Shown here: positions 1 through 13,045 of the stretch, in pieces
Layout of the letters: each line of letters opens with the position of its first letter
Position numbering within the stretch: the stretch's first letter is position 1
NCBI GenBank assembly: GCA_035518495.1
Contig: DATIXO010000342.1
Location: 1,487 to 65,486, forward strand
Origin: Streptosporangiaceae bacterium
Lineage (GTDB): Bacteria; Actinomycetota; Actinomycetes; Streptosporangiales; Streptosporangiaceae
DNA: 64,000 nt
Direction of reading: 5' to 3'
Translations under genes and position numbers: made by a program
Notes under the pieces: generated by a model
Database searches by the model: none
The model's input: only the letters and a program-made list of their open reading frames with translations
What the model was told of the DNA's origin: nothing

Positions 1-2256
1 GTAGTTCATCGCCTTGATCTTGCTGCGCAGCTCGACAGTGATCTCGTCCGGCGGCAGCCCGAACACGCGGGAGGCGGTCTCGGCGTGGAAGTCGTGCCCG
101 GTGGCGAACGCCTCCGCCAGCGCGGCGTCGCCCGACAGGTCGGCCATGATGCGCAGCTCGATCTGGCTGTAGTCGGCGGTGAGCAGGCACTCATAGCCGC
201 TGCCGACCACGAAGCCCTGCCGGATCCGCCGCCCCTCCTCGGTCCGGATCGGGATGTTCTGCAGGTTGGGGTCGGTCGATGACAGCCGGCCGGTGGCGGC
301 GATCATCTGGTTGTAGGTGGTGTGGATGCGGCCGTCCTCGCCGGCCATCGGGATCAGCGAGTCCACGATGCTCTTGAGCCTGGCGACGTCGCGGTGCCGC
401 AGCAGGAATACCAGCACCGGGTGCTCGGTCTGGGCGAGCAGCCCGGTCAGCGCCTCGGAGTCGGTCGTGTAGCCGGTCTTGATCCGTTTGGTCTTGGGCA
501 GGCCGAGCTCGGTGAAGAGCACCTCCTGCAGCTGCTTGGGCGAGCCCAGGTTGAACTCCCGGCCCACCACCGCGTAGGCGGACTGCTCGGCCGACTTCAC
601 CTCGCCGCCGAGGGTCGCCGACATGGCGGCGAAATGGTCGGTGTCGGCGGCGATCCCCGCCCGCTCCATCCCGGCGAGCACCTCGATCAGCGGCAGCTCC
701 ACCTCGTGCAGCAGCCTGGTCGCGCCCCGCCGCTCCAGGTCCGCATCCAGCGCGTCGCCGAGCTCCGCGATGGCGCGTGCCTGCAGGACGAGGGCGGTCG
801 CGACCTGTGCCTCGCCATCGTCTTCGCCGTCTTCGGAGCCGGAAAGGTCGAGCGCGAGCTGCCCGGTGGCGATCTCGTCGGCGGGCTTCAGCTCCTTGCC
901 CAGATAGCGCAGGACCAGGTCGGCCAAGTCGAAGGAGCGCTGGCCGGGCAGGGCGAGATAGGCCGCGAGCGCGGTGTCGGTGGTCAGCCCGGCCAGCGTG
1001 AGGCCGTGCGCGGCCAGGGCGTGGATCGGGCCCTTGGCGTCGTGCATCGCCTTGGGCCTGGTGGGGCCGGCCAGCCAGTCCGCCAGCGCCCGCTCGTCGT
1101 CCTCGGTGAGCGTGGCCGGGTCGAGGTAGGCGCCGGCCCCGTCGGGGGTGGCCAGCGCCAGCCCGGCCAGGGTCCCGGTGCCTCTCCCCCAGGTGCCGCT
1201 GACCGCCACGCCGGTCCTGCCGTCGCCCGCCCCGTGCTCGGCCAGCCAGCCCGCCACTTCCTCGGGCCCGGGCAGCGCGATCTCCACGTCGAACGCCCCA
1301 TCGGCCTCGTCGCCGGGGCCGGCAACGGCGGTCACCTCGCCTATTCCGTTAGGCAACGTTGAATAGAGCCGGTCGCGCAGGACGCGGAACTGGAGGGTGT
1401 CGAACAGCTGGTGGATCTGTTCCCGGTCCCATGCGACGGGGCGCAGGTCGGCCGGCCCGACCTCCAGCGGCACGTCGCGGGCGAGCTCGGTCAGCTGCCG
1501 GTTGCGCAGCACGTCGGGCAGGTGCTCCCGGAGATTGTCCCCGGCCCTGCCCTTGACCTCGTCCACCCGGTCCACCAGCTCGGCCAGCGAGCCGAACTCG
1601 GCGACCCACTTGGCCGCGGTCTTCTCCCCGACCCCCGGGATGCTCGGCAGGTTGTCGCTCGGGTCGCCGCGCAGCGCGGCATAGTCGGGGTACTGGGCCG
1701 GGGTGAGGCCGTACTTGGCGGTGACCTCCTCCGGCGTGAACCGGGTCATGTCGCTGATGCCGCGCCGGGTCATGAGCGCGGTGGTGCGGTCGTCGACGAG
1801 CTGCAGCACGTCCCGGTCGCCGGTCACGATCAGCACGTCGAAGCCGGCCTGCTCGGCCTGGGTGGTGAGGGTGGCGATGATGTCGTCGGCCTCATACCCG
1901 GGCACCGACAGCCGCTGGATGCCCAGCGCGTCGAGCACCTCGAAGATGAGGCTGAGCTGGCTGCGGAAGTCGGCCGGGGTCTCCCGCCGGTTCGCCTTGT
2001 ACTCGACCCACTGCTCATGCCGGAAGGTCGGCTCGCCGCGGTCGAAGGCGACGGCCACGTGGGTCGGCGTCTCATCGCGCAGCAGGTTGATGAGCATCGC
2101 GGTGAAGCCGTAGACGGCGTTGGTCGGCTGGCCGGTCAGGGTGGAGAAGTTCTCCAGCGGGAGCGCGAAGAACGCCCGGTAGGCCAGGGAGTGGCCATCC
2201 AGCAGCAGCAGCCGGTTCCGCTGCTCGCCCGCGGCCGGGATCTCGGACTTGGTCAC
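1..2256 (-). CDS. polA: DNA polymerase I, N-terminal ~750 codons (3' end of the gene lies beyond the window start)
   Basis: The minus-strand frame is open from the window edge to GTG at 2254-2256. The N-terminus reads VTKSEIPAAGEQRNRLLLLDGHSLAYRAFFALPLENFSTLTGQPTNAVYGF (5'-3' exonuclease domain). The window-edge codons read RVFGLPPDEITVELRSKIKAMNY (Pol I polymerase domain). It is absent from the ORF track only because it is truncated by the window. Confidence 0.93.
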   Translation of the reverse strand, partial: MTKSEIPAAGEQRNRLLLLDGHSLAYRAFFALPLENFSTLTGQPTNAVYGFTAMLINLLRDETPTHVAVAFDRGEPTFRHEQWVEYKANRRETPADFRSQLSLIFEVLDALGIQRLSVPGYEADDIIATLTTQAEQAGFDVLIVTGDRDVLQLVDDRTTALMTRRGISDMTRFTPEEVTAKYGLTPAQYPDYAALRGDPSDNLPSIPGVGEKTAAKWVAEFGSLAELVDRVDEVKGRAGDNLREHLPDVLRNRQLTELARDVPLEVGPADLRPVAWDREQIHQLFDTLQFRVLRDRLYSTLPNGIGEVTAVAGPGDEADGAFDVEIALPGPEEVAGWLAEHGAGDGRTGVAVSGTWGRGTGTLAGLALATPDGAGAYLDPATLTEDDERALADWLAGPTRPKAMHDAKGPIHALAAHGLTLAGLTTDTALAAYLALPGQRSFDLADLVLRYLGKELKPADEIATGQLALDLSGSEDGEDDGEAQVATALVLQARAIAELGDALDADLERRGATRLLHEVELPLIEVLAGMERAGIAADTDHFAAMSATLGGEVKSAEQSAYAVVGREFNLGSPKQLQEVLFTELGLPKTKRIKTGYTTDSEALTGLLAQTEHPVLVFLLRHRDVARLKSIVDSLIPMAGEDGRIHTTYNQMIAATGRLSSTDPNLQNIPIRTEEGRRIRQGFVVGSGYECLLTADYSQIELRIMADLSGDAALAEAFATGHDFHAETASRVFGLPPDEITVELRSKIKAMNY

Positions 2257-2379
2257 CACGGGTGGATTCTAGTGGCCGGTGCCGACGGCGCCAGAGCAAG
2301 CCCGGACGGCGGCCGGGCAGGCACCCACCCGGAGCGCCTGCCCGTCCGCGGTCAGCTGGTCAGGATGCGGTCCCGCCGG

Positions 2380-3750
2380 TCAGGACGAGAACTGGTAGAT
2401 GGTTGTCGAGTTGAACACCTGCCCGACCTTCAGCTCCGTGGAGGGGAAGTTCGGCTGGTTCGGCGAGTTCGGGAAGTGCTGGGTCTCGAACGTGTAGCCC
2501 GCGCTCTGCCGGTAGGTGTGACCGCTGATGCCCACCAGCGTGCCGTTGAGGAAGTTGCCGCTGTAGAACTGCACACCCGGCTGGTCGGTCCAGACGGTCA
2601 GCTCACGCCCGCTGCGCGGGTCGAACGCACGCGCGGCGAGGTTGAGCCCGAGCGGGCCGGTGGTGGCGGGGGTCTGCTTGTTCAGCACCCAGTTGTGGTC
2701 GTAGCCCTGGGCGATCAGCAGCTGATGGAACCCGCCGCCGTTGTCAGGGGCGCTGACATCGTCGATCCGGGAACCGATCGTGTGCGGCCTGGTGAAGTCG
2801 AACGGCGTGCCCGCGACCGGAGCCTCCACGCCGGTCGGGATCTGGGTCGTGTCGGTCGGCGTGTACCTGTTCGCGTTGATCATGACGAACTGGCCGTAGG
2901 CAGAGCCAGGAGCCGAGGCTTCACCAGCCAGGTTGAAGTAGTTGTGATTGGTGAAGTTGATCACCGTGTTCAGGCCCTTGACCGTCGCGTGGTAGTGCAT
3001 CGCGAGCTGGTTGGCGTTGTTCAGGGTGAAAGTGACGGTCAGGGTGAGCGTGCCCGGGTAGCCGGTGCAGTTGCAGCTGGGCTCGAACGCCGAGCCCTCG
3101 TCGCCGTTCGGGCTGACCAGCGTCATGGCCACGCCAACCGCGTGCGGGACCTTGACGATGTGCGCCGACCAGATGTGGTTGCCGAAACCGACGAAGCCGC
3201 CGTGCAGGCTGTTGCCATTGTTGTTGATCGGCAGCGTGTAGGTCTGCAATCCATTGCTCTGCTGCAGCTGGAATGTGCCCTTGGCGATCCGGTTGCCGTA
3301 ACGGCCGATGGTCTCGCCGAAGTAGGGGCCACCGGTGGCCGGCGGCGGCGGGCTGTCGAAGTTGACGTAGTCCGCCAGCGTCTTGAAGCCGAGGATGACG
3401 TCGGCCTTGCGGCCGTTGCGGCCCGGCACGGTGATCGACTGCTGGGTAGCACCGTAGGTGATGATCTTGACCTGCATGCCGCGGCAGCTGGTGAGCGTGT
3501 AGCGGAACACCGGGGTCAGCTTGCCGGTATAGGGCTCGATAGCCTTGCCGAAAAACTGCTTGGAGATGGTCGGACTGCACTGGTTCCCACCGCCGGGGGC
3601 GGCTGGCGCCTGGCGCATGCCGAGCGAGCCCGCCAGGCCGAGCACAAGCACGCCGGCCACCGCGATCCCGGTGACCGGACGCTTGCGGAGGCGGGCTCCT
3701 CTCTGCATGAGCGACCTGGCGTGCGCCTTGACTACTAACAGTGAACGCAT
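2380..3750 (-). CDS. galM: Secreted aldose 1-epimerase (galactose mutarotase family)
   Basis: Motifs present: FGETIGRYGNRIAKG, NSLHGG, FTNHNYFNL, YDHNW. The start was trimmed to ATG at 3750 (MRSLLVV...), which has GGAGGGAG 6 nt upstream. The N-terminus has a basic n-region plus a hydrophobic signal peptide (RLRKRPVTGIAVAGVLVLGLAGSLG). G+C is visibly lower than in neighbouring genes. Confidence 0.85.
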   Translation of the reverse strand: MRSLLVVKAHARSLMQRGARLRKRPVTGIAVAGVLVLGLAGSLGMRQAPAAPGGGNQCSPTISKQFFGKAIEPYTGKLTPVFRYTLTSCRGMQVKIITYGATQQSITVPGRNGRKADVILGFKTLADYVNFDSPPPPATGGPYFGETIGRYGNRIAKGTFQLQQSNGLQTYTLPINNNGNSLHGGFVGFGNHIWSAHIVKVPHAVGVAMTLVSPNGDEGSAFEPSCNCTGYPGTLTLTVTFTLNNANQLAMHYHATVKGLNTVINFTNHNYFNLAGEASAPGSAYGQFVMINANRYTPTDTTQIPTGVEAPVAGTPFDFTRPHTIGSRIDDVSAPDNGGGFHQLLIAQGYDHNWVLNKQTPATTGPLGLNLAARAFDPRSGRELTVWTDQPGVQFYSGNFLNGTLVGISGHTYRQSAGYTFETQHFPNSPNQPNFPSTELKVGQVFNSTTIYQFSS

Positions 3751-3932
3751 GAGCACTCCCTCCACGTGGTGCGTGTGCCCGCAATGCTGATCCATTTCAG
3801 CCCATAAGTCAGGCACTTCCGCACAGAATCCTTAGTGATTTTTGTGCGTTCCTGTTCAGTTGTCTATAGGCCAGACGTCCCGGCTTGCCGCCTTAAGCTT
3901 CCTCCTGCGGTGACAGGAACCCGGAACCGGAG

Positions 3933-4385
3933 GTGGCGGTGGAGGACGACAGCGCGCGGCAGATCACGGAGGCGTACCTGGCCGGGAGCAAGGGCACGCT
4001 CATCGACCGGATGGGGATCACCATCCTGGAGGCGACCGCGCAGCGGGTCGTCGGCACCATGCCCGTGGCCGGCAACACCCAGCCGTACGGTCTCCTGCAC
4101 GGCGGGGCGTCGTGCGTGCTCGCGGAGACGCTCGGCTCGCTGGGCTCGGCCCTGCACGCGGGCCCGGGCCGGGTCACGGTCGGGATCGAGATCAGCGCGA
4201 CCCACCATCGCGCGGCGTCCGCCGGGCAGGTGACCGCGGTCGCCACCCTGCTCCACGGTGGCCGCAGCACCACCACCTACGAGATCGTCATCAGCGACGA
4301 CCAGGAGCGGCGGGTCTGCACGTCGCGGCTCACCTGCCTGCTCATCAGCCGCGTGCCGGGCCAGGGCGGCGACGGCGCGCGATGA
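3933..4385 (+). CDS. PaaI/YbdB-type hotdog-fold acyl-CoA thioesterase
   Basis: 150 aa with the motif PYGLLHGGASCVLAETLGS and a typical length. GTG start; it is divergent from galM. Confidence 0.75.
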   Translation: MAVEDDSARQITEAYLAGSKGTLIDRMGITILEATAQRVVGTMPVAGNTQPYGLLHGGASCVLAETLGSLGSALHAGPGRVTVGIEISATHHRAASAGQVTAVATLLHGGRSTTTYEIVISDDQERRVCTSRLTCLLISRVPGQGGDGAR

Positions 4386-4687
4386 CCGGGCAGCGGCGCG
4401 CGATGACCGCCACCGCCGGTCGCGCACGCCGCCTGCCAGCGGGATAACTGTCCGTGCCGCCGCGCATCCGGAGCGCCACAAGGCGAACCAAGCACGACCG
4501 GACGTTTACGGCATTCCGACGGGGGAATGAGCGTGCCTTTGCGTTGCGCGCCCACCGGTCGCTACGGTGGTGCGGAGGACCCGGGGAAGCCGAGTAGAGA
4601 ACATGTCGGCCCGGGGAAGGTCGACACGGCACCAAAGGCTCCCCCGGGTTCCCCCCTGTCTGCGGCTCTGTCTGCGGCGCGGCCGGG

Positions 4688-5362
4688 TCACCGGCTGCCG
4701 TCGGCCTCCGCCGCCGTCCCGCCGTCGGCCGCCCGCTCGTCGCCGGTCGCCCCCGGCGCCGTCTTGCCGCCGGCCGGGTCCTGCGGGAGATCCCCGGCCA
4801 GCACCTCCTCGGCCACGGCCCGCATGGTCACCCGCCGGTTCATCGAGGTCTTCTGGATCCACCGGAACGCCTCCGGCTCGGAGAGCCCGCGTTCCGACTG
4901 CAGCAGGCCCTTGGCCCGGTCCAGCACCTTGCGCACCTCGAGCCGGTCCCGCAGCGTGCCCACTTCGGCGCCCAGGGCCGACATCTCCTGGAAACGGCTG
5001 ACCGCGATCTCGATGGCGGGTATCAGGTCCGCCTTGGTGAACGGCTTGACCACGTAGGCCATGGCCCCGGCGTCGCGCGCCCGTTCCACCAGCTCGCGCT
5101 GGGAGAACGCGGTCAGGATCACCACCGGGGCGAGCTGCTGCGCCGCGATCTGCTCGGCGGCCGAGATCCCGTCCAGCACGGGCATCTTGATGTCGAGGAT
5201 CACCAGGTCCGGTTTCAGCGCCGAGGCGAGCTCCATCGCCTGCTCGCCGTCGGCCGCCTCGCCCGCCACCTCGTAGCCCTCTTCCTCCAGCATTTCCTTC
5301 AGGTCGAGCCGGATCAGTGCCTCGTCTTCGGCGATGACCACGCGCAGGGGTGTCTGGCTCAC
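4688..5362 (-). CDS. pdtaR: ANTAR-domain response regulator (PdtaR-like, REC + ANTAR RNA-binding antiterminator)
   Basis: LRVVIAEDEALIRLDLKEMLEEEGYEV...PDLVILDIKMPVLDG...AMAYVVKPF (REC domain), then LEVRKVLDRAKGLLQSERGLSEPEAFRWIQKTSMNRRVTMRAVAEEV (ANTAR domain). The start was trimmed to GTG at 5362 (VSQTPLRVV). This closely parallels my memory of M. tuberculosis Rv1626, which is also near polA. Confidence 0.9.
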   Translation of the reverse strand: MSQTPLRVVIAEDEALIRLDLKEMLEEEGYEVAGEAADGEQAMELASALKPDLVILDIKMPVLDGISAAEQIAAQQLAPVVILTAFSQRELVERARDAGAMAYVVKPFTKADLIPAIEIAVSRFQEMSALGAEVGTLRDRLEVRKVLDRAKGLLQSERGLSEPEAFRWIQKTSMNRRVTMRAVAEEVLAGDLPQDPAGGKTAPGATGDERAADGGTAAEADGSR

Positions 5363-5518
5363 AGGCAGAGCGTACCGAAAATAGCCAGATTGACACCGGC
5401 TGCGCCGCTCCCCCGATTCGCAGCGACCTGATATCGCCCCAGCCCGCCGCAGGCAGATCAGCACGCCTACCGCTGCCCGCACGACCCGCACGGCAGCGAG
5501 GCAGCTCATGCGTGGGGT

Positions 5519-6298
5519 CTAATACTTGGGCCCGACGAACTCGTCCAGCCTAGCCACGGCCGCGCGCCGGGCTACCGAGATCGTGCTCGGCCTGGAGAAT
5601 CGCCACTCCACTCCCAGCCGGTCCAGCGCCTGACCGCAGAGCCGGTGAATGTCGGCCGACCGGTTCTCGAACAGATAACGCGGATACTCATACCACCGGT
5701 CGCCGTCCTTGAGCGGTCGCCGGACCCGATTGAACCCACGGCATCCGTCGGAGTGAAAGAGACCGCGCGCGAAGTCGCCGGGATACTTCGACACGATCTC
5801 CTCTTGCCACGGCTCAAGCTCGATCTTGCGCTCATGCTTCCGCCCGGGGCCATGCTGGGGAAACAGGCACGGCCAGTGCCTCGAAACGCTCTGCACGTAC
5901 GTGCAGGCAGCCGTTTTCCTTGAGGTGCAGAAAACCGCGGACGACGGCATGACGAGCGCGGTCGCCTGACGAGCCTGCTGGAGCAGGCCAGGCCATGCAT
6001 CCGCACAGGCCAGCCACAACATATACGTGCTCGGTTTAGTGGTGATGTGACCGTCTCCGAGATAAAGACCGAGCAGATATGCATAGGCCTTTTCGTCAAG
6101 GGGCCGCCCATGGCATCGCGGGCAGTTTGGCGGCGATTCCCGTACTCTGCGACGCCCTTCGCGCCGAGCTCGGCGATCACCGTACCGCCAGTGCCGGATA
6201 GACCGGATGGACACGCCACAGATCAGTGCGTTTTCCCGGTCTAAGATGCCAAGATCAGAAAGTTGCCGGGCAATGTCGACTGTTGATTGTGGATACAT
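5519..6298 (-). CDS. Free-standing LAGLIDADG-like (two-motif) homing-endonuclease-like protein with an N-terminal HTH
   Basis: 259 aa. An N-terminal HTH-like segment (VDIARQLSDLGILDRENALICGVSIRSIRHWR) and CPRCHG are followed by two LAGLIDADG-type motifs about 100 aa apart: YLLGLYLGDGHI and FARGLFHSDGC. G+C is lower by eye and A/T-ending codons are frequent. It lies immediately 3' of the tRNA. Confidence 0.65.
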   Translation of the reverse strand: MYPQSTVDIARQLSDLGILDRENALICGVSIRSIRHWRYGDRRARREGRRRVRESPPNCPRCHGRPLDEKAYAYLLGLYLGDGHITTKPSTYMLWLACADAWPGLLQQARQATALVMPSSAVFCTSRKTAACTYVQSVSRHWPCLFPQHGPGRKHERKIELEPWQEEIVSKYPGDFARGLFHSDGCRGFNRVRRPLKDGDRWYEYPRYLFENRSADIHRLCGQALDRLGVEWRFSRPSTISVARRAAVARLDEFVGPKY

Positions 6299-6348
6299 GA
6301 GAGTAGCTTCTCATAGGCCACTGACATTCTAGTGACCCGTTTGCATTG

Positions 6349-6421
6349 TGCCCCGGGTGGGATTCGAACCCACACTGAATGGATTTTGAGCCCATTATCT
6401 CTGCCGTTGGATTACCGGGGC
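6349..6421 (-). tRNA. 73-nt class-I tRNA. My manual fold gives anticodon CAA (nominally Leu/UUG) but there is no long variable arm, so the isotype is unresolved.
   Basis: Acceptor GCCCCGG/CCGGGGC; U8; D-arm AUC-CAACGGCAGA-GAU with GG; anticodon stem AUGGG/UCCAU; loop CUCAAAA; variable loop UCAGU; T-arm GUGGG-UUCGAAU-CCCAC; discriminator A. CCA is not encoded. Confidence 0.85.
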
Positions 6422-6449
6422 CAGATGGACCACAGTGTGGTCCATCTGG
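6421..6449 (-). terminator. Perfect 12-bp-stem hairpin between the gltD stop and the tRNA 5' end (possible gltBD terminator or processing structure; no U-tract)
   Basis: The sequence ccagatggacca-cagtg-tggtccatctgg has 12 perfect base pairs and a 5-nt loop. It lies 65 nt downstream of the gltD stop and abuts tRNA nucleotide 1. Confidence 0.35.
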
Positions 6450-6513
6450 ATGCCAATGTACCGGTTGAAGCTGGCTTATTCCACGGCAGACAGCATCAGC
6501 GTGCGGGCCTCGG

Positions 6514-8019
6514 TCAGCTCAATGGGCGGGCGGTGGGGGGGATCGGGGCGGGCAGCGACGTCTCGCCCATCAGGTAGGCGTCCACGGCGGCCGCGGCCGA
6601 CCGGCCCTCGGCGATCGCCCACACGATCAGCGACTGGCCGCGGCCCATGTCGCCGGCCACGAACACGCCCGGCGCCGAGGTGGCGTACGAGGCGTCGCGG
6701 GCCACGTTCCCGCGCGCGTCCAGCGCCACGCCAAGGCCGTCGACGAGGCCGCCGCGCTCGGCGCCGGTGAAGCCCATCGCCAGCAGCACCAGGTCGCACC
6801 GCAGCTCGCGCCCGGTGCCGGGCACCGGCTCGAAGCGGCCGCCGGAGAACTCCACATCGGCCAGCCGCAGCGCCCGCACCCGGCCGGCCGCATCGCCGAG
6901 GAACTCCTGGGTGGAGACGGCGTACACCCGCTCGCCGCCCTCCTCGTGCGCGCTGGACACCCGGAAGATCATCGGGTAGGTGGGCCACGGCTGGCTCTCC
7001 GGCCGCCCGGCGGGCGGGCGCGGCATGATCTCCAGCTGGGTGACCGAGGCGGCGCCCTGCCGGTGCGCGGTGCCCAGGCAGTCGGCACCGGTGTCGCCGC
7101 CCCCGATGATCACCACGTGCCGCCCGCGGGCGCTGATGGCCGGGTCGCCGGGGGCCGCGGGGGGCCCCGCACCGCCGTTATGCATGCTGGCGGTGACGGC
7201 GCGGTTGGCCAGCGGCAGGTATTCCATCGCCTGGTGGACGCCGTCCAGGCCGGCGCCGGGCACCGGCAGGCCGCGCGGCACCCGGGCGCCGCCCGCGAGC
7301 ACGATCGCGTCACAGTCCGCCCGCAGCGCCGCGGCGGGCACGTCCACCCCGGCGTTGACCCCGCACACGAACCCGGTGCCCTCCGCCCGCATCTGGGCCA
7401 GCCGCCGGTCCAGGTGCCGCTTCTCCATCTTGAACTCGGGGATCCCGTACCGCAGCAGGCCGCCGGGGGCCTCGTCCCGCTCGTACACCACCACCGTGTG
7501 GCCGGCCCGGGTGAGCTGCTGGGCGGCAGCCAGCCCGGCGGGCCCGGACCCGACCACGGCGACCTTCTTCCCGGTCAGCGCGGCCTGGCCGGGCGGGCGC
7601 GGCGTCACCCATCCCTCCGCCCACGCCCGGTCGATGATCTCCACCTCGACCTGCTTGATCGTCACCGGGTCGCCCGTGCTATTGGGCAGAGGGATGCCGA
7701 GCACGCACGCGCTCTCGCACGGCGCCGGGCACAGCCGCCCGGTGACCTCGGGGAAGTTGTTGGTGGCGTGCAGCCGGTCCGCCGCCTCCCGCCAGTCCTG
7801 CCGCCAGACCAGGTCGTTCCACTCCGGGATCAGGTTCCCCAGCGGGCAGCCGGAGTGGCAGAACGGGATGCCGCAGTCCATGCAGCGGCCGGCCTGGCGC
7901 TCCAGCGCGGCGGCGCCGAACTCGGTGTAGACCTCGCGCCAGTCGCCGATCCGCACGTCCACCGGGCGGCGGGCGGGCGTCTCGCGCCGCGTGGTGAGGA
8001 ATCCCTTCGGGTCAGCCAT
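6514..8019 (-). CDS. gltD: Glutamate synthase (NADPH) small subunit
   Basis: Motifs CMDCGIPFCHSGCPLGN, CPAPCESAC and VAVVGSGPAGLAAA. It lies 9 nt downstream of gltB. Confidence 0.95.
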   Translation of the reverse strand: MADPKGFLTTRRETPARRPVDVRIGDWREVYTEFGAAALERQAGRCMDCGIPFCHSGCPLGNLIPEWNDLVWRQDWREAADRLHATNNFPEVTGRLCPAPCESACVLGIPLPNSTGDPVTIKQVEVEIIDRAWAEGWVTPRPPGQAALTGKKVAVVGSGPAGLAAAQQLTRAGHTVVVYERDEAPGGLLRYGIPEFKMEKRHLDRRLAQMRAEGTGFVCGVNAGVDVPAAALRADCDAIVLAGGARVPRGLPVPGAGLDGVHQAMEYLPLANRAVTASMHNGGAGPPAAPGDPAISARGRHVVIIGGGDTGADCLGTAHRQGAASVTQLEIMPRPPAGRPESQPWPTYPMIFRVSSAHEEGGERVYAVSTQEFLGDAAGRVRALRLADVEFSGGRFEPVPGTGRELRCDLVLLAMGFTGAERGGLVDGLGVALDARGNVARDASYATSAPGVFVAGDMGRGQSLIVWAIAEGRSAAAAVDAYLMGETSLPAPIPPTARPLS

Positions 8020-8028
8020 GCCGCTCCC

Positions 8029-12891
<4,863 letters not shown>

Positions 12892-13045
12892 CGACTCTCC
12901 CGTCGTCTCGTCCGTCTACGCGTCCTTGCATGCGTGCGGTCGGGACGACACTGGCCCTGCCGCGGAGCGGCATGAAAATGCCGCCACCGGCTCGCCGGGC
13001 TGCTGCCCGGAGGTACATGCCGATTGCGTTACCCGTGCATACCCG

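Noticed and set aside
4386-4687. 300-bp convergent intergenic region between the thioesterase and pdtaR, with small hairpins (cattcc/ggaatg) and short direct repeats (ctgtctgcgg x2, ccggggaag x2). I considered it as an sRNA or terminator locus.
   Set aside because: It has no U-tract, no recognisable Rfam-like motif and only 6-bp stems. I cannot support a feature from sequence alone.
5411-5428. Possible att-type direct repeat of the tRNA 3' end (ccccgattcgcagcgacc versus gggattcgaacccac) at the far side of the LAGLIDADG gene.
   Set aside because: Only the hexamer gattcg plus scattered matches are shared, and there is no integrase. This is too weak to call an attL/attR pair.
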